Of a stretch of DNA of 64,000 nt, positions 11,976-22,966 are shown in pieces. The notes beneath the pieces are model-generated. The model made no database searches, was not told the origin of the DNA, and worked only from the letters and a program-made list of their open reading frames with translations. This stretch comes from Scenedesmus sp. PABB004. Its lineage: Eukaryota. Made by a program: the position numbers and the translations under genes. Positions within the stretch are counted from its first letter, which is position 1, and each line of letters starts with the position of its first letter. The stretch lies in NCBI GenBank assembly GCA_014905635.1, contig JABVCE010000032.1, forward strand, positions 248,001 to 312,000, written 5' to 3'.

Positions 11976-14900
11976 ATGCGGCCCCTGGCGCTGGCCCTGG
12001 CCTGCCTGCTGGCGGCCTCGGCCGCCCAGGGCGCGCGCGTGCTCCAGCAGTCAGCGACGCAGTTCAAGTGGGTCCAGCTCGCCCTCTCCTTCAAGGGCAC
12101 CACCTGCGCCGAGCTGGGCGGCGCCGACTTCATCGATGGTCTCCGCATTGCTGGGCGCAACGACATGCGCGCCGCGCTGATCACCGCCGGCATCACCGGT
12201 TTCAACGTGCGCGCCAGCTCGCGCGACTGCGTCGACACGTCCATCCCCAGCTTTGTCAAGCTGGCGCAGACGCTCGTCGTGCTGAGCTACAACGGCACCA
12301 CCAACTTGGAGGTGCGCAACGCGCTGTGGAACGCGGCGCGCGAGCGCATCTGCACCGGCGGCTACAACCGGGTGGTGTGGTCTAACGTGGCGGACTACCT
12401 GGCCAACAAGGACAACCTGGTGGCATTCAACAGTGAGTTTAGCTGTGTTCAGGGGCCTGCCGCCGCTGCCCAGCTCCTGATCTCCCTAACGCACACCACC
12501 CTCGCCCCACGCAGACGCGTCGCGGCTGAACCCCTCGGGCAACAGCGGCGCCAACCAGATGCCCTACGTCCCCGCGGCAGGCGGCTGCGGCACCCCGGGG
12601 CCCAGCCCCGCGCCGAGCCCCAGCCCCAAGCCGGCGTCGCCGAGCCCCGCGCCAGCGTCGCCGAGCCCCGCGCCAGCGTCGCCGAGCCCCGCGCCAGCGT
12701 CGCCGAGCCCCGCGCCAGCGTCGCCGAGCCCCAGCCCCGAGCCGGCGTCGCCGAGCCCCAGCCCGGTGCCGTCCCCCAGCCCGAGCCCCGCTCCGGTGAG
12801 TGCGCGGTTTGCGCTGAGCAGCTTGGTGTGTGTGGGCTCTCGCAGGTCCTCAACTGGGCGCTGCACTCGCAGGCCCTGAACTGCAGCTCCATCCCCAACT
12901 CTGTCGAGGTCAACGGCACCTGCACGTGCGGCAACCCGTCGTTCCCCGCGCCGGTGCTCAACGGCACCACCCTGGTCGCCTGCCTGGGCGTCAGTGGCGT
13001 GTGCCCGGTCAACTACGTGGCGGTCAGGACGGCCACCGGCGCGCTGGTACAGTGCCTGGCAGGCATCACGCAGTGTCCGGCCGGCCCCTACACTCTGTTC
13101 CAGATGGCCGGCAACCCGCTGCGCCTGGTCGAGTGCCGACCGGCGACCAGCGCGTGCGTGTTTGGGATCTTTTCCTCGCCCGTGCTGCCCGACGCAGTCT
13201 CCAACACGGCCGTGGGCTGCGTCGCGCCCGACTCGTCTTGCCCTGCCGATTACCCAGTGGCGTTCAGGACGAGTGGCTCATTTGCCACCATTCAGTTCTG
13301 TCGCAAGGCGGCCAGCTGCGCTACAGGCTCCGCCTACCCCACTCCAGGCTGGAGCGCCACGGGGCAGCTGCTCGCCTGCCTTGGCCTTGCATCCTCCGAC
13401 CCTGCCACCGATCCGTGCCCGTCCTCGACGACCAACCTGGCCATCAACTTCCCGACCGAGGTGGTGGCAGTCATTTCCAATGCAGCCACAGTTGTGGGCT
13501 GCCTTATCGGCGGCGGGGTGTGCTACGACGCGCTGCCCGACTACCGGCTTGGCGTGTACACCCCGGGCAGCCTGCCAGTGCTGACCCAGTGCCGCGTGTC
13601 GCCGGGCAGCAACTGCGACACCTTCTTGGGCGGTGTCTACACCACGGAGGCAGTGGACGGCGTGCAGCTGCAGGGCTGCATCGCGAGCCCTACCAGTGCC
13701 TGCCCCATCGGCTATGCACAGCCCACGCTGTCGGGCGGGAACATCATCAAGTGCTCCAAGACCAACTCCACCATCACGTGCGACCCGCTGGGGTCCACCC
13801 CCGTGTCGCTGGTGGACATCTCGGGCACCGTGGTTGGCTGCTCGGAGCAGGTGACCGCGTGCCCCACAACACCTAACTATCCCATCGCCGAGTACGGACC
13901 GCTGGGCGGCGCGACGGTCATTCGCCGGTGCCTCGCCCCCGGCTCGACATGCGCGGCGGGGGCCACAATTTTCTGGGGTGCCGCGACGGCGGGCGCCCTG
14001 CCCACGGTGCAACAGTGCTGGCCCGCTGGCTCGTCGTGCTCCGGCATCTACACCATCCCCGTCCAGAGCGGTGCGGCGTCCAGCACGCGCGTGGGGTGCC
14101 TGTCCACTTCGGCCACCACGACGCGCTGCCCGGCCGACTGGCCGTTCACGTACGTCACAATTGGTGACGCCATCGACCGTTGCCTCGCGACGGGCGCGGT
14201 CAGCACCTGTGAGGCAGCTGCAAACAACGCGTTCAGCATCCCGGCGCGCACCATCAACGCGCAGGGCGACGCCCTCGTGGGCTGCATCCAGGCCGCTGCC
14301 CCTAACCCTTCCAACCTGTGCCCCGGCAAGTTCCCTGTGGAGGTCCGAGCTGGGTTCGCGCTAGTTGGCGGTGTTGCCCCGCTGGCGTGCCTGTCGTCCT
14401 CCTCTACGAGCTGCCCGGCCGGCAACCCCTTCTTCTTCCGCTCCGCCTCTGGACTGGACTTTTGCATCAATGGCAACCCGACCCTCGCCGGCAACGTGCA
14501 GCGGTGCAGCGCGGGCGACAGCGGCACGTGGGCCCCATACACCGCCGTCAACTACAAGACCCCCGGCGGCGTGCTGCAGGGGTGCAGCACGGCCGTCACC
14601 GTGTGCGCCGCGGGCTTCCCCGTGCAGTTCAGGGACCAGAGCACTGGCGGCACCCTCACAGAGTGCCGCGTCGCAATGACCGTGGAGTGTCCGTCGGCCG
14701 TGCAGCCGCCCACGCCCTCTGAGCCGCCTGTCAACCCCCTCGTCCCCTATCAGACGACTGTGCGGGAGAATGGTGTCATCACCCAGTGCCTGTACACGGG
14801 CGGGTCCTCATCGTGCAACCCGCCGCTGGTCGCGGTGTACACCGGCACCAACGGCGCTGCCGGCACCCCGGCCACCTGCCTCGCCGCGGGCACCAACGCG

Positions 14901-16610
14901 TGCCCGACTCAGGCACCCTTCCCCGTGTACGGCGGCTCCACGTCCCTGCTGGTGCGCTGCCTCATCGCCGCCCCTGCGCCGGCGACGGGGTGCACTGCGT
15001 CGTACGCGGGCGCGACCGCGACGGCGGAGGTGTACGCCGGCGATGGCTCGATCGCGGCGTGCGTGGAGACCGCCAGCCCCTGCCCGACCCTCCTGTCTGG
15101 CACGACGTCCGTGCCCACCTACTTCTTCCGCCCAAGCGCCGTTGCCATCGATTACTGCACGATTGTGCAGCCCACAACCTGCCCCACCACCGGTGCCAGC
15201 ACTCCCACTGGCACCGCATACCCAACCACTGCGTCGTTCACCGCGGGCGGCATCGCGGGCTGCCTCGTGGCGACCCCCGCGACCTGCCCGGCGGGTTTCT
15301 CGTTCTCGCTGCAGGGCGGCACTTCGGCCACCACCGCGGCCACCGTCGAGCGGTGCCTGCAGGACGACGCCACCCGCGTGACGTGCCCGGTCGGCTACCC
15401 GGTGCCGCTGCTGGGCGCAACCGCGAGCAACACGCTGGAGGGTTGCGTGGCAACGGGGCCGCGGTGCCCCACCACCTACCCAGGCTTCTTCATGAGCGGC
15501 AACCCCGCACAGCTGCAGTTCTGCAAGGCTGGGACCATCGCCTGCAACTCCGGCGCCGCACCCATCGCCTCGTTCACCGTGCCCGTCCAGACAACATTCT
15601 CTCTCTCTCCAGTGGTCCTGGGCTGCATCGCGACCAACTCACCGTGCCTCGACGGCACGACCGCCACAAACCCCAACTCGTACCCCGCGACCGGCGGCGC
15701 CACCTCCCCGGCATTCGGTGCCACGGGCCTCAACTTCTGCTTCCAGGGCGCCATCTCGTGTGCGGGGAGCTACGCCGACACGGTGTACAATGCCGGTGGC
15801 ACTGCCATCGGCTGCGTTGCGGACGCCGCGCCATGCCCCGACAACGTGGCTGGCGTGTACACCGCCAAGGTTGGCCTTCTCACGGACAGTACTGCTGGCG
15901 CCGCGGCATCTTCGCGCGTGGGCTGCATCCCCATTGCCTCTGGCATCGTCTGTCCCGGCACGAGCTTTGGCGGCGTCAGTACCTACACAACGGAGGTCTT
16001 CAACGTAGCGGCGGGGACGACAGCCACCAACGCCAACCTGGTCGCATGTGTGACGGCCGCCAACAAGTGCCCGGCCATCACCGCGGCCGCGGCGTACAAC
16101 TACCCGCTCAACATGATGACGCAGCTCACTGACGTAGACACCGTCACGCTGACTGAGTGCCGCCCTGCGACCACTGCGGGTGTCACATGCCCGGCAGGCC
16201 TCGTGTCTGTCGTGGATGCCGTGCCGGCAACTGCGATATCCGCAAGCAACCTCGTCGCCTGCATCACCAAGTTGGGCGGGACACCTACTAATGTGGTGAA
16301 CTGCTGGTCGACCCAGTCGCCGACAGGGGTGTGGCTGGCCAGCACTGCTGGTGTGACTGCCGGCACTTCTGTCACGCAGCCCCTGCTGGATGCTTCAAAT
16401 GTTCTGCAGCAGTGCCGCAGGGGGGTGGCTACGCAGGGGGCGGTGTGCACTGGGCAGCCGGAGGGTTTCACACGGTGTGGTTACATCACTGGCGCTGTTA
16501 CTGCTGGCACAGGCATTCAGGCATGCTTTGCCGCCACCGGGACGTGTACATTCACCCCGGGCTATACCGCTAACAATGTTGCTGTGGTACAGTGCTCGGC
16601 CTGTGCCTAA
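11976..16610 (+). CDS. Secreted cell-wall-type glycoprotein: signal peptide, N-domain, (Ser-Pro) shaft, ~1245-aa two-Cys repeat region; ~1491 aa spliced
   Basis: Exons 11976-12432, 12515-12795, 12873-16610 (GTGAGT donors, CTAAC branch point, CAG acceptors, phases consistent). MRPLALALACLLAASAAQG signal peptide; TGTAA at 16812. Confidence 0.88.
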   Translation: MRPLALALACLLAASAAQGARVLQQSATQFKWVQLALSFKGTTCAELGGADFIDGLRIAGRNDMRAALITAGITGFNVRASSRDCVDTSIPSFVKLAQTLVVLSYNGTTNLEVRNALWNAARERICTGGYNRVVWSNVADYLANKDNLVAFNSEFSCVQGPAAAAQLLISLTHTTLAPRRRVAAEPLGQQRRQPDALRPRGRRLRHPGAQPRAEPQPQAGVAEPRASVAEPRASVAEPRASVAEPRASVAEPQPRAGVAEPQPGAVPQPEPRSGECAVCAEQLGVCGLSQVLNWALHSQALNCSSIPNSVEVNGTCTCGNPSFPAPVLNGTTLVACLGVSGVCPVNYVAVRTATGALVQCLAGITQCPAGPYTLFQMAGNPLRLVECRPATSACVFGIFSSPVLPDAVSNTAVGCVAPDSSCPADYPVAFRTSGSFATIQFCRKAASCATGSAYPTPGWSATGQLLACLGLASSDPATDPCPSSTTNLAINFPTEVVAVISNAATVVGCLIGGGVCYDALPDYRLGVYTPGSLPVLTQCRVSPGSNCDTFLGGVYTTEAVDGVQLQGCIASPTSACPIGYAQPTLSGGNIIKCSKTNSTITCDPLGSTPVSLVDISGTVVGCSEQVTACPTTPNYPIAEYGPLGGATVIRRCLAPGSTCAAGATIFWGAATAGALPTVQQCWPAGSSCSGIYTIPVQSGAASSTRVGCLSTSATTTRCPADWPFTYVTIGDAIDRCLATGAVSTCEAAANNAFSIPARTINAQGDALVGCIQAAAPNPSNLCPGKFPVEVRAGFALVGGVAPLACLSSSSTSCPAGNPFFFRSASGLDFCINGNPTLAGNVQRCSAGDSGTWAPYTAVNYKTPGGVLQGCSTAVTVCAAGFPVQFRDQSTGGTLTECRVAMTVECPSAVQPPTPSEPPVNPLVPYQTTVRENGVITQCLYTGGSSSCNPPLVAVYTGTNGAAGTPATCLAAGTNACPTQAPFPVYGGSTSLLVRCLIAAPAPATGCTASYAGATATAEVYAGDGSIAACVETASPCPTLLSGTTSVPTYFFRPSAVAIDYCTIVQPTTCPTTGASTPTGTAYPTTASFTAGGIAGCLVATPATCPAGFSFSLQGGTSATTAATVERCLQDDATRVTCPVGYPVPLLGATASNTLEGCVATGPRCPTTYPGFFMSGNPAQLQFCKAGTIACNSGAAPIASFTVPVQTTFSLSPVVLGCIATNSPCLDGTTATNPNSYPATGGATSPAFGATGLNFCFQGAISCAGSYADTVYNAGGTAIGCVADAAPCPDNVAGVYTAKVGLLTDSTAGAAASSRVGCIPIASGIVCPGTSFGGVSTYTTEVFNVAAGTTATNANLVACVTAANKCPAITAAAAYNYPLNMMTQLTDVDTVTLTECRPATTAGVTCPAGLVSVVDAVPATAISASNLVACITKLGGTPTNVVNCWSTQSPTGVWLASTAGVTAGTSVTQPLLDASNVLQQCRRGVATQGAVCTGQPEGFTRCGYITGAVTAGTGIQACFAATGTCTFTPGYTANNVAVVQCSACA

Positions 16611-17901
16611 AAGAGCAGCCAGCGCTCACCGGTGCGTGTGTCTACCAACCTGGCTGGACGGCATCGAACGGAAGGGCTGGTCTCGCCAGTGGCGCGCGGC
16701 CGTCGCGCGCTTGCCGGCTACGCCCCTTGTTGACGCCGCTATCCCCACAGTGGCCTCGCCTGCTGCGGCCCCTCTGGTGGACGTGCAGCAGGCTACACTT
16801 GGGAGCTTGTGTGTAACCCGCATCGCCCGAATCGGCCCCGCCCGCAACGGAACACGCCGCCCACGTCAACAGCCCTCCGCGCTGCTCGGGGGCGGGCGTG
16901 CTCCGGGGCGGGCGTACTCCAGGGCGGGCGTGCGGGCCCAACTACCTTTCGTGCTCGTTCCGCGCCCGCACGCAGTGGCCAGGCAGCCCGCTGCGCTCGA
17001 CGGCGCAGCTGCAGCAGGTCGGCGAGGTCGGCGAGGGGCCCGTTCTACCATGGAATGAACGTGTACCATGGTCGGCATCACCTACCGCCGCTGTCATCAC
17101 GGCTGCAGCCCGCGCCGCCGAGGGGCGCTGCGGCGCACTGCGCGTGCGCTGCACGCCGCGCTGCGCTGCCTGCCGCCGCCGCCGCTTCCCGCTCACCTGT
17201 CGCCGTCGCCCCTCCCTCTCCTGCCCCGCTCGCCCGCGCGCCGCCCGCTCGCCTCGGCTGCGCGCCGTGCCGGCTGCGTGCCGTGCCACAGGCGCGCCGC
17301 CGAGTCGTCCGCCGAGTAGTCCCTGCGCCAGTGCCGCGTGCAGCTTGCCGCGGCGCTGCGCGGCGTGCTCGGCTGGCGCCTCGTTCTTTGCGAGGACGGC
17401 CGCGCTCTGTCCGCCCCGCGGACCGCCCCAGCCAACCGCTTCATGACGCGCTGGATCTCTTTTGGCGGGGCGGGCAAAGGCGACCGGAACGCCGAGACGA
17501 TGAACGCGGCGGAGGTGCAGCGCCACCGGGTGCCCTCTGCGATGGCCGGCGCCCGCCGCCACTGCCAGGCGCTGCCATCCAGGCCGTCCAGATCTCCCAG
17601 CCCCAGGATCAGTGCATCGAGAACAGCGGCTTCTCGATCGAGGACGGTCGGCGGGCGCCGTGACAGTAAAGTTGCCGCTGCACGCGCTGTTGTGGCTGCC
17701 GCTGCTCCTGGAAAACAAAAGCACCCTGAATATACTTCACAGCGCACCGACACCGCCCACAGCCCACCACAGCGGGACCTCGAAGCAGCTGCGCAGAACC
17801 CCAGACCTCAAGGCGGCTAGGTCGCTCGCGAGGGCACATCCGCCCTCTTTCGCGCACGGTGCAACTGCGACAAGTAGCGCTCAGCGTCACTGAACCGCGC
17901 C

Positions 17902-19647
17902 ATGGCCGCCCCGCGCCCGCTGGTGGGCGTGCAGGGCCTGGATGGCGCGGCCGCCGAGCAGACGGCGCTGCCGGCCGTGTTTGGCGCGCCCATCCGGCCC
18001 GACATCGTGCGCACGGTGCACACCAACATGGCCAAGAACCGGCGCCAGCCGTACGCCGTGTCCATGAAGGCGGGCCACCAGACGGCGGCCGAGTCGTGGG
18101 GCACCGGCCGCGCCGTCTCGCGCATCCCCCGTGTTCCCGGCGGCGGCACGCACCGCGCGGGGCAGGGCGCGTTCGGCAACATGTGCCGCGGCGGGCACAT
18201 GTTTGCGCCGACCAAGACGTGGCGCCGCTGGCACCGCAAGATCAACCTCAACCAAAAGCGCTACGCCGTCGCCTCCGCCCTCGCCGCCACCGGCCTGCCC
18301 GCCCTCGTGATGGCGCGTGGGCACCGCATCGAGCAGGTGCGTGCGCGTCGGGGAGCGGCAAACAGCGAGCGGCGGGCGAGGAGGGGCGGCAGCAGCGGCG
18401 GCGGCGCTCGCCTCCCACCCCTCACGCCGCCTCCGCCGCACACCACGCACAGGTGCCCGAGGTGCCGCTGGTCGTGAGCGACGCCGCGGAGGGCATCACC
18501 AAGACGAGCAAGGCGCTGGAGCTGCTGCGCGCGCTAGGCGCCGCGCCCGACGCGGACAAGGCCAAGGACAGCAAGGCGCTGCGCCGCGGCAAGGGCAAGA
18601 TGCGCAACCGGCGCCACGTGCTGCGCAAGGGCCCGCTCGTCGTGTACGGCGCAGACCACGGCATCAGCAAGGCCTTCCGCAACCTCCCCGGCGTCGAGGT
18701 CGCGCCGGTGGACGCGCTCAACCTGCTGCAGCTCGCGCCCGGCGGCCATCTCGGGCGCTTTGTCATCTTCACGCGCTCCGCGTTTGACCGCCTGGACGCC
18801 ATCTTTGGTGCGCGTGCGCAGGGGCAGGCGGCACAGGGGCAGGGAGGGTGGTGCAGCGCTGCGACTGCCGCGGCAGCTCACCCCACGGCCCGCCCTGCCC
18901 CCCGCCCCAGGCACGGCGGCGGCGGGCAGCGCGGTGAAGAAGGGCTACCGCCTGCCGCGCTCGGTGATGGCCAACGCTGACGTGACGCGGCTCATCAACA
19001 GCGATGAGGTGCAGAGCGTCGTCAACGCGCCAAAGGTGCGGCGGTGGCGCGGGGGTCGGGCGCTGCGTCAGGCGTGGTGCAGCCGCTGAGCCCTGTGCCC
19101 CCCCCCCCCCGCGCACGCAGGCCGGCGGCGCGCGGCACTACGCGCTGAAGAAGAACCCGCTGAAGAACCTGGGCGCGATGGTCAAGCTCAACCCCGCGGC
19201 CGCGTCGGCGCGCAGGTGCGGCGAGGCCCCGCGCGCCCCCGCTGCCGCGCCCGCCTGCGCCCCGCGGCGGTGATGATCCGCTCCAATTTCAATCGTCAAG
19301 CTCAACAGTCTGACTGCGCAGCCCGCAGCTTGAGGAGGCTGCATTCTCTGAGCCGGGGCGGCGCACCGTGGCTGTGGCCCGGCGCGGCGGTGCCGCCGCC
19401 GGTCGCTCACCACCCCCCCTCTTGCGCCCGTGCTCGCAGGTCCGCCATCCTGCTGAGCGAGCGCCGCGCAGTGGAGCGGGCTGCGCGGCTGGCCAAGGTG
19501 CGCGCGGGCCAGCCCGGCGGTGCGCCGCGGCGCAGCGCGGAGGGCAAGGCGCTGGCCAAGCGCTTCTACGGCCAGATGGTCGTCGACAGCGAGTACCAGG
19601 GCGAGGACTACGAGGTCTTCGACAAGTGGCTCGGCACCGCGCAGTGA
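17902..19647 (+). CDS. RPL4: 60S ribosomal protein L4 (uL4)
   Basis: [36 protein letters not shown]. Exons 17902-18336, 18453-18807, 18911-19035, 19121-19215, 19440-19647. Confidence 0.98.
19264..19357 (+). ncRNA. Intronic box C/D snoRNA with two LSU rRNA guides
   Basis: Box C GTGATGA 19270-19276, D' CTGA 19310-19313, C' TGAGGA 19331-19336, D CTGA 19348-19351, terminal and internal stems. Guide GTCAAGCTCAACAG is complementary to conserved LSU CUGUUGAGCUUGAC. Confidence 0.88.
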
Positions 19648-19720
19648 GCCCGCGGCGGCAGTGCAGCGCGTGCGAGTTACGGACTCTGGGGTGACCGCGG
19701 TTCACCTCAATCGCTCCCTG

Positions 19721-20439
19721 TCAGCCCGCGGCGGCGGCCTTGCGCGCCGCGATCTCGCGCTCCGCCGCGATGAAGACGAGCCCGCTGGCAGCGTAGCACG
19801 CCGGCGCGAGCAGCATCGCGTGCTGCAGGCCCACGCCCTCGGCCAGCTTGGCCACGCCCACTGGCCCGCACCCGCCGATCAAGTTGCTGAGCGCGGGCAG
19901 CAGCAGGGGCTGGTCAGGGAGGGCAGGCAGCGCTGGCTGGCCATGCGCAGCCCCTGCCCCTGCGCCACCCACCGGATGCAGAGGTAGAGCGCGCTCGCGG
20001 TGCTCCCCAGCTCGCGCGGCGCGATGCCGCGGATCATGACCGCGCCCGGCGCGCGCCACGCCTCGGACAGTGCAAAGCCGACGAGCAGCGCCGTGAAGGA
20101 CGCGCCCGGGCTGCGCGCGAGCAGCGACTCGGCGATGAACGGCGCCGCCAGCAGCGAGGCGCCGCCGGTCAGCCACGCGCGGCCGCCCACGACCGCCAGC
20201 CAGTCGCCGATGAGGCCGCCGCCGACGCCGCCGAGGATGCCCCCGACGGGCAGCACCACTGCGAGCAGCGGCGCGTAGACGGAGCTGTCCAGCCCAAACA
20301 CGCGCTCGTAAAAGGTCGCGTGCCACGCGATCAGCGCGTAGCTGCCCACATCGTTCAGCGCCGCTGCGAGCGTGGTCGCGCGGAACGCGCGGTCGCCGAG
20401 CAGCCGCGCCACCGCGCCGGCGCCCGGCGCGGCGGCAGC

Positions 20440-20475
<36 letters not shown>

Positions 20476-21855
20476 CTCTTCGCCCGCGCCCGCAGCTGCT
20501 GCGGCTGGTGCAGGTGCTGGCAGCTCCGGCCCCAGGCCCTCGACAATGCAGGCGGGTCCGGCCAGCTGCGGCGCGCCGCCCTCCCCCGGCACGCCAGCCT
20601 GGCTGCTGCCGCCGCCATCGTCGCCGCCATCGTCGCCGCCGGCCCTGCCCTTGCCGCCAGCAGAGCCAGCAGCAGCGGCCGCCTGGTGCCAGCCGCGCCC
20701 GGTGGCCAGGCCCAGCAGCCGCGCGCTCGCGCCCGCCGCCGCCTCGCGCCAAGACGGCGGCGGCGCCGCGTTCAGCCCGCCAGCGCCGTGCCCGCCAGCC
20801 TCCTCCGCCGGCGCGCCGCGCGGGTCGCGCACCGTGAGCAGCATCAGCGCCGCGACGGCAAAGCCTGGCAGCCCGATCCAGGTGAGCAGCTGGCGCCAGC
20901 CGCCGCCGCCGCCCGCGCCGGCCTCGTACGCGATGACGTGAAAGTTGTAGTTGTACAGCGGGCTCACCGCAGCCATGTCGCCCGAGGTGTAGATGATGGA
21001 CATGCGCTGCAGGTCCAGCGCGTCCAGCGGGACCATCGACAGTGACACGCCGCCGCCGTCCGCGCCGCCGCCCGCCGCCGCGTCGGCCATGCTGCCCACG
21101 CCGCCGCCGCCGCCGGGCGCGCTGCCCGCTGCGGCGCCGCCGCCGCGTCCACCGGCGCCGCCGCTGCCCGTGCGGTGTGCGGCGAGCACGGCGGCAAAGG
21201 AGAGCGCGCGGCCCAGGTAGATGGCGCAGTTGTAGGCGGCCAGCGCGGTCGACTGGTTGGCGGGGAACAGGTCGGGGATGAGACTGAAGCTCACGGGGTT
21301 TTGTGCCGCCTGCGCGACCGCAAAGCCCGTGCGCGCCGCCAGCAGCTCGCCAAACGAGCCCGCGCGGCTCGACAGCACGCTGAGCCCGCTCCACGCCGCC
21401 ACGCCGAGCGCGAGCAGGCGCGGCCGGTCCAGGCGGTCCGCCAGCAGGCCCACCGGCACCAGCGCCGCAGCGTAGAGGTAGCTGTAGCCGCTGACCAGCG
21501 CGGCGCCCTGCAGGTCGCTCAGGTGCAGCTCGGGACTGATCATCGGCAGCAGCGCCGGCAGCGCAAAGCCGCTCGTCGCCTGGTGCACGTAGCTCAGGCC
21601 CAGCACAAAGAGCGGCCACAGCCGCGTCGCGTCGGCCGCCGCCTCCGACGACGCGGCCTGTGCTGGCGCGGGCGCGGGCACGGGCTCGAGCGCGCGCACC
21701 GCCGCAAGGGCAGGGGCGTCCACACCGCCGCCCGCCGCCAGCGCGTCGTGGAGCGCCGGCTCCGTGGGCGAGCCGCCCAGCGCCGCCGACGCCGCCAGCG
21801 CCTCCAGCGCGGGCGCGTGCGTGACCGCAGGCGCAGACGCTGCTGCTGTGGCTGG

Positions 21856-21899
<44 letters not shown>

Positions 21900-22578
21900 C
21901 GGCCGCCGCAGAAACTGGCTGTGGCCGCTCCTGCACGCCCTCGCCGCCCAGATCCGCAACCGGCACTGCGCCCACCGCCGCACTAAGGTCCTGCTCCAGG
22001 CGCTCCAGCTTGGTCAGCACCTCGCTCAGCTGCTGCGTCGCCGCCGCGCCGAGGCGCGGCTCGCCGCCCATCTCGCCCACCGCCGCCGCCAGGTCGGCCA
22101 GGCTGCGCTCCGCGACGCTCGCCAGCTCGCTCAGCGCGTCGGCTTCAGCGCTGCCGGCGCTGCTGGCGGCGGCGTCAGGCGGGCGGCGCTTGCCGTCGCT
22201 GCCGCTCTCGCCCGATGAGGGCGGCGCCGAGGCGATGCGCGAGGCGCGGCCGATCACGTCGTACATCGTGGCGAGGCCGCCACCCTGCACCGGCTCCTCC
22301 TCCTCCTCGAAGCTCATGACGCCCGCGGGCAGCGGGGGCGGCGGCGGGCTGCTGCTGGCCGCTGCTCCGGCGCCGGCCGCGAGCGCCCTGCTGCTGCCCC
22401 CGACGCCGCCGCCGCTGCCCGTGCTGCAGCGGCATGACAACGCCGCTGGCCTGGCGGGGAGGCACCAGCGTGCGGCCGCGTGGCGGCGCCAGGGCGGTGC
22501 CGAAAGCCGAGCGCTGCTGCTGCTGCCGCCGCCGGCCGCGCCGCGCAGCAACGCTCGCGCGCCGCCCAGCGCCTGCAT
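19721..22578 (-). CDS. MFS transporter (spinster-like), probably plastid-targeted
   Basis: Motif A GLLADRLDRPRLL, hydrophobic helices, GGLIGDW. ATG 22578; one intron at 19887-19972. Confidence 0.88.
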
Positions 22579-22966
22579 GGAGGGGGCGCGCAGCCCTCCC
22601 ACGGCTCGCCAGGCGCCGATCGGCGCGGCAGCAGCAGCCAAGGCTTCAGGCGCCGCCCGCCGCGCTCAGCCTGTGGCTCCGTGGGTTGTGCGCGCCCGCC
22701 ATGAGGACGGGGGAGGGTGTGGGGCGGCGCGGTGCAACAGACGGGGCGCCGCGGCGCGCACGGGGCGGCTGCTGAGTGTGGCGGCGGCGCAGGGCGCGGG
22801 GCTCATCGGCGGCGCGCCCCACGCCGCCTGTCAGTTCCCGCCGCGCCCCTGACCGCGCCCGTGACGCTGGCAGTCGCTGCCTAGCGCCTGCGCCGCCGCG
22901 GCCGCCGGCTCCAGCGCCCCCACATCCTGCGCTCACAGTCAAACCGGCGCGCGGCTGCGTCGCGCC

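Noticed and set aside
9600..16610. Diversity-generating retroelement or retron (RT beside a repeat protein)
   Set aside because: The RT has non-LTR LINE motifs and is broken; no template/variable repeat pair with adenine-specific differences was seen.
16950..17700. Possible gene or element between the wall gene and RPL4
   Set aside because: It has coding-like patches but no recognisable motif or consistent exon chain.
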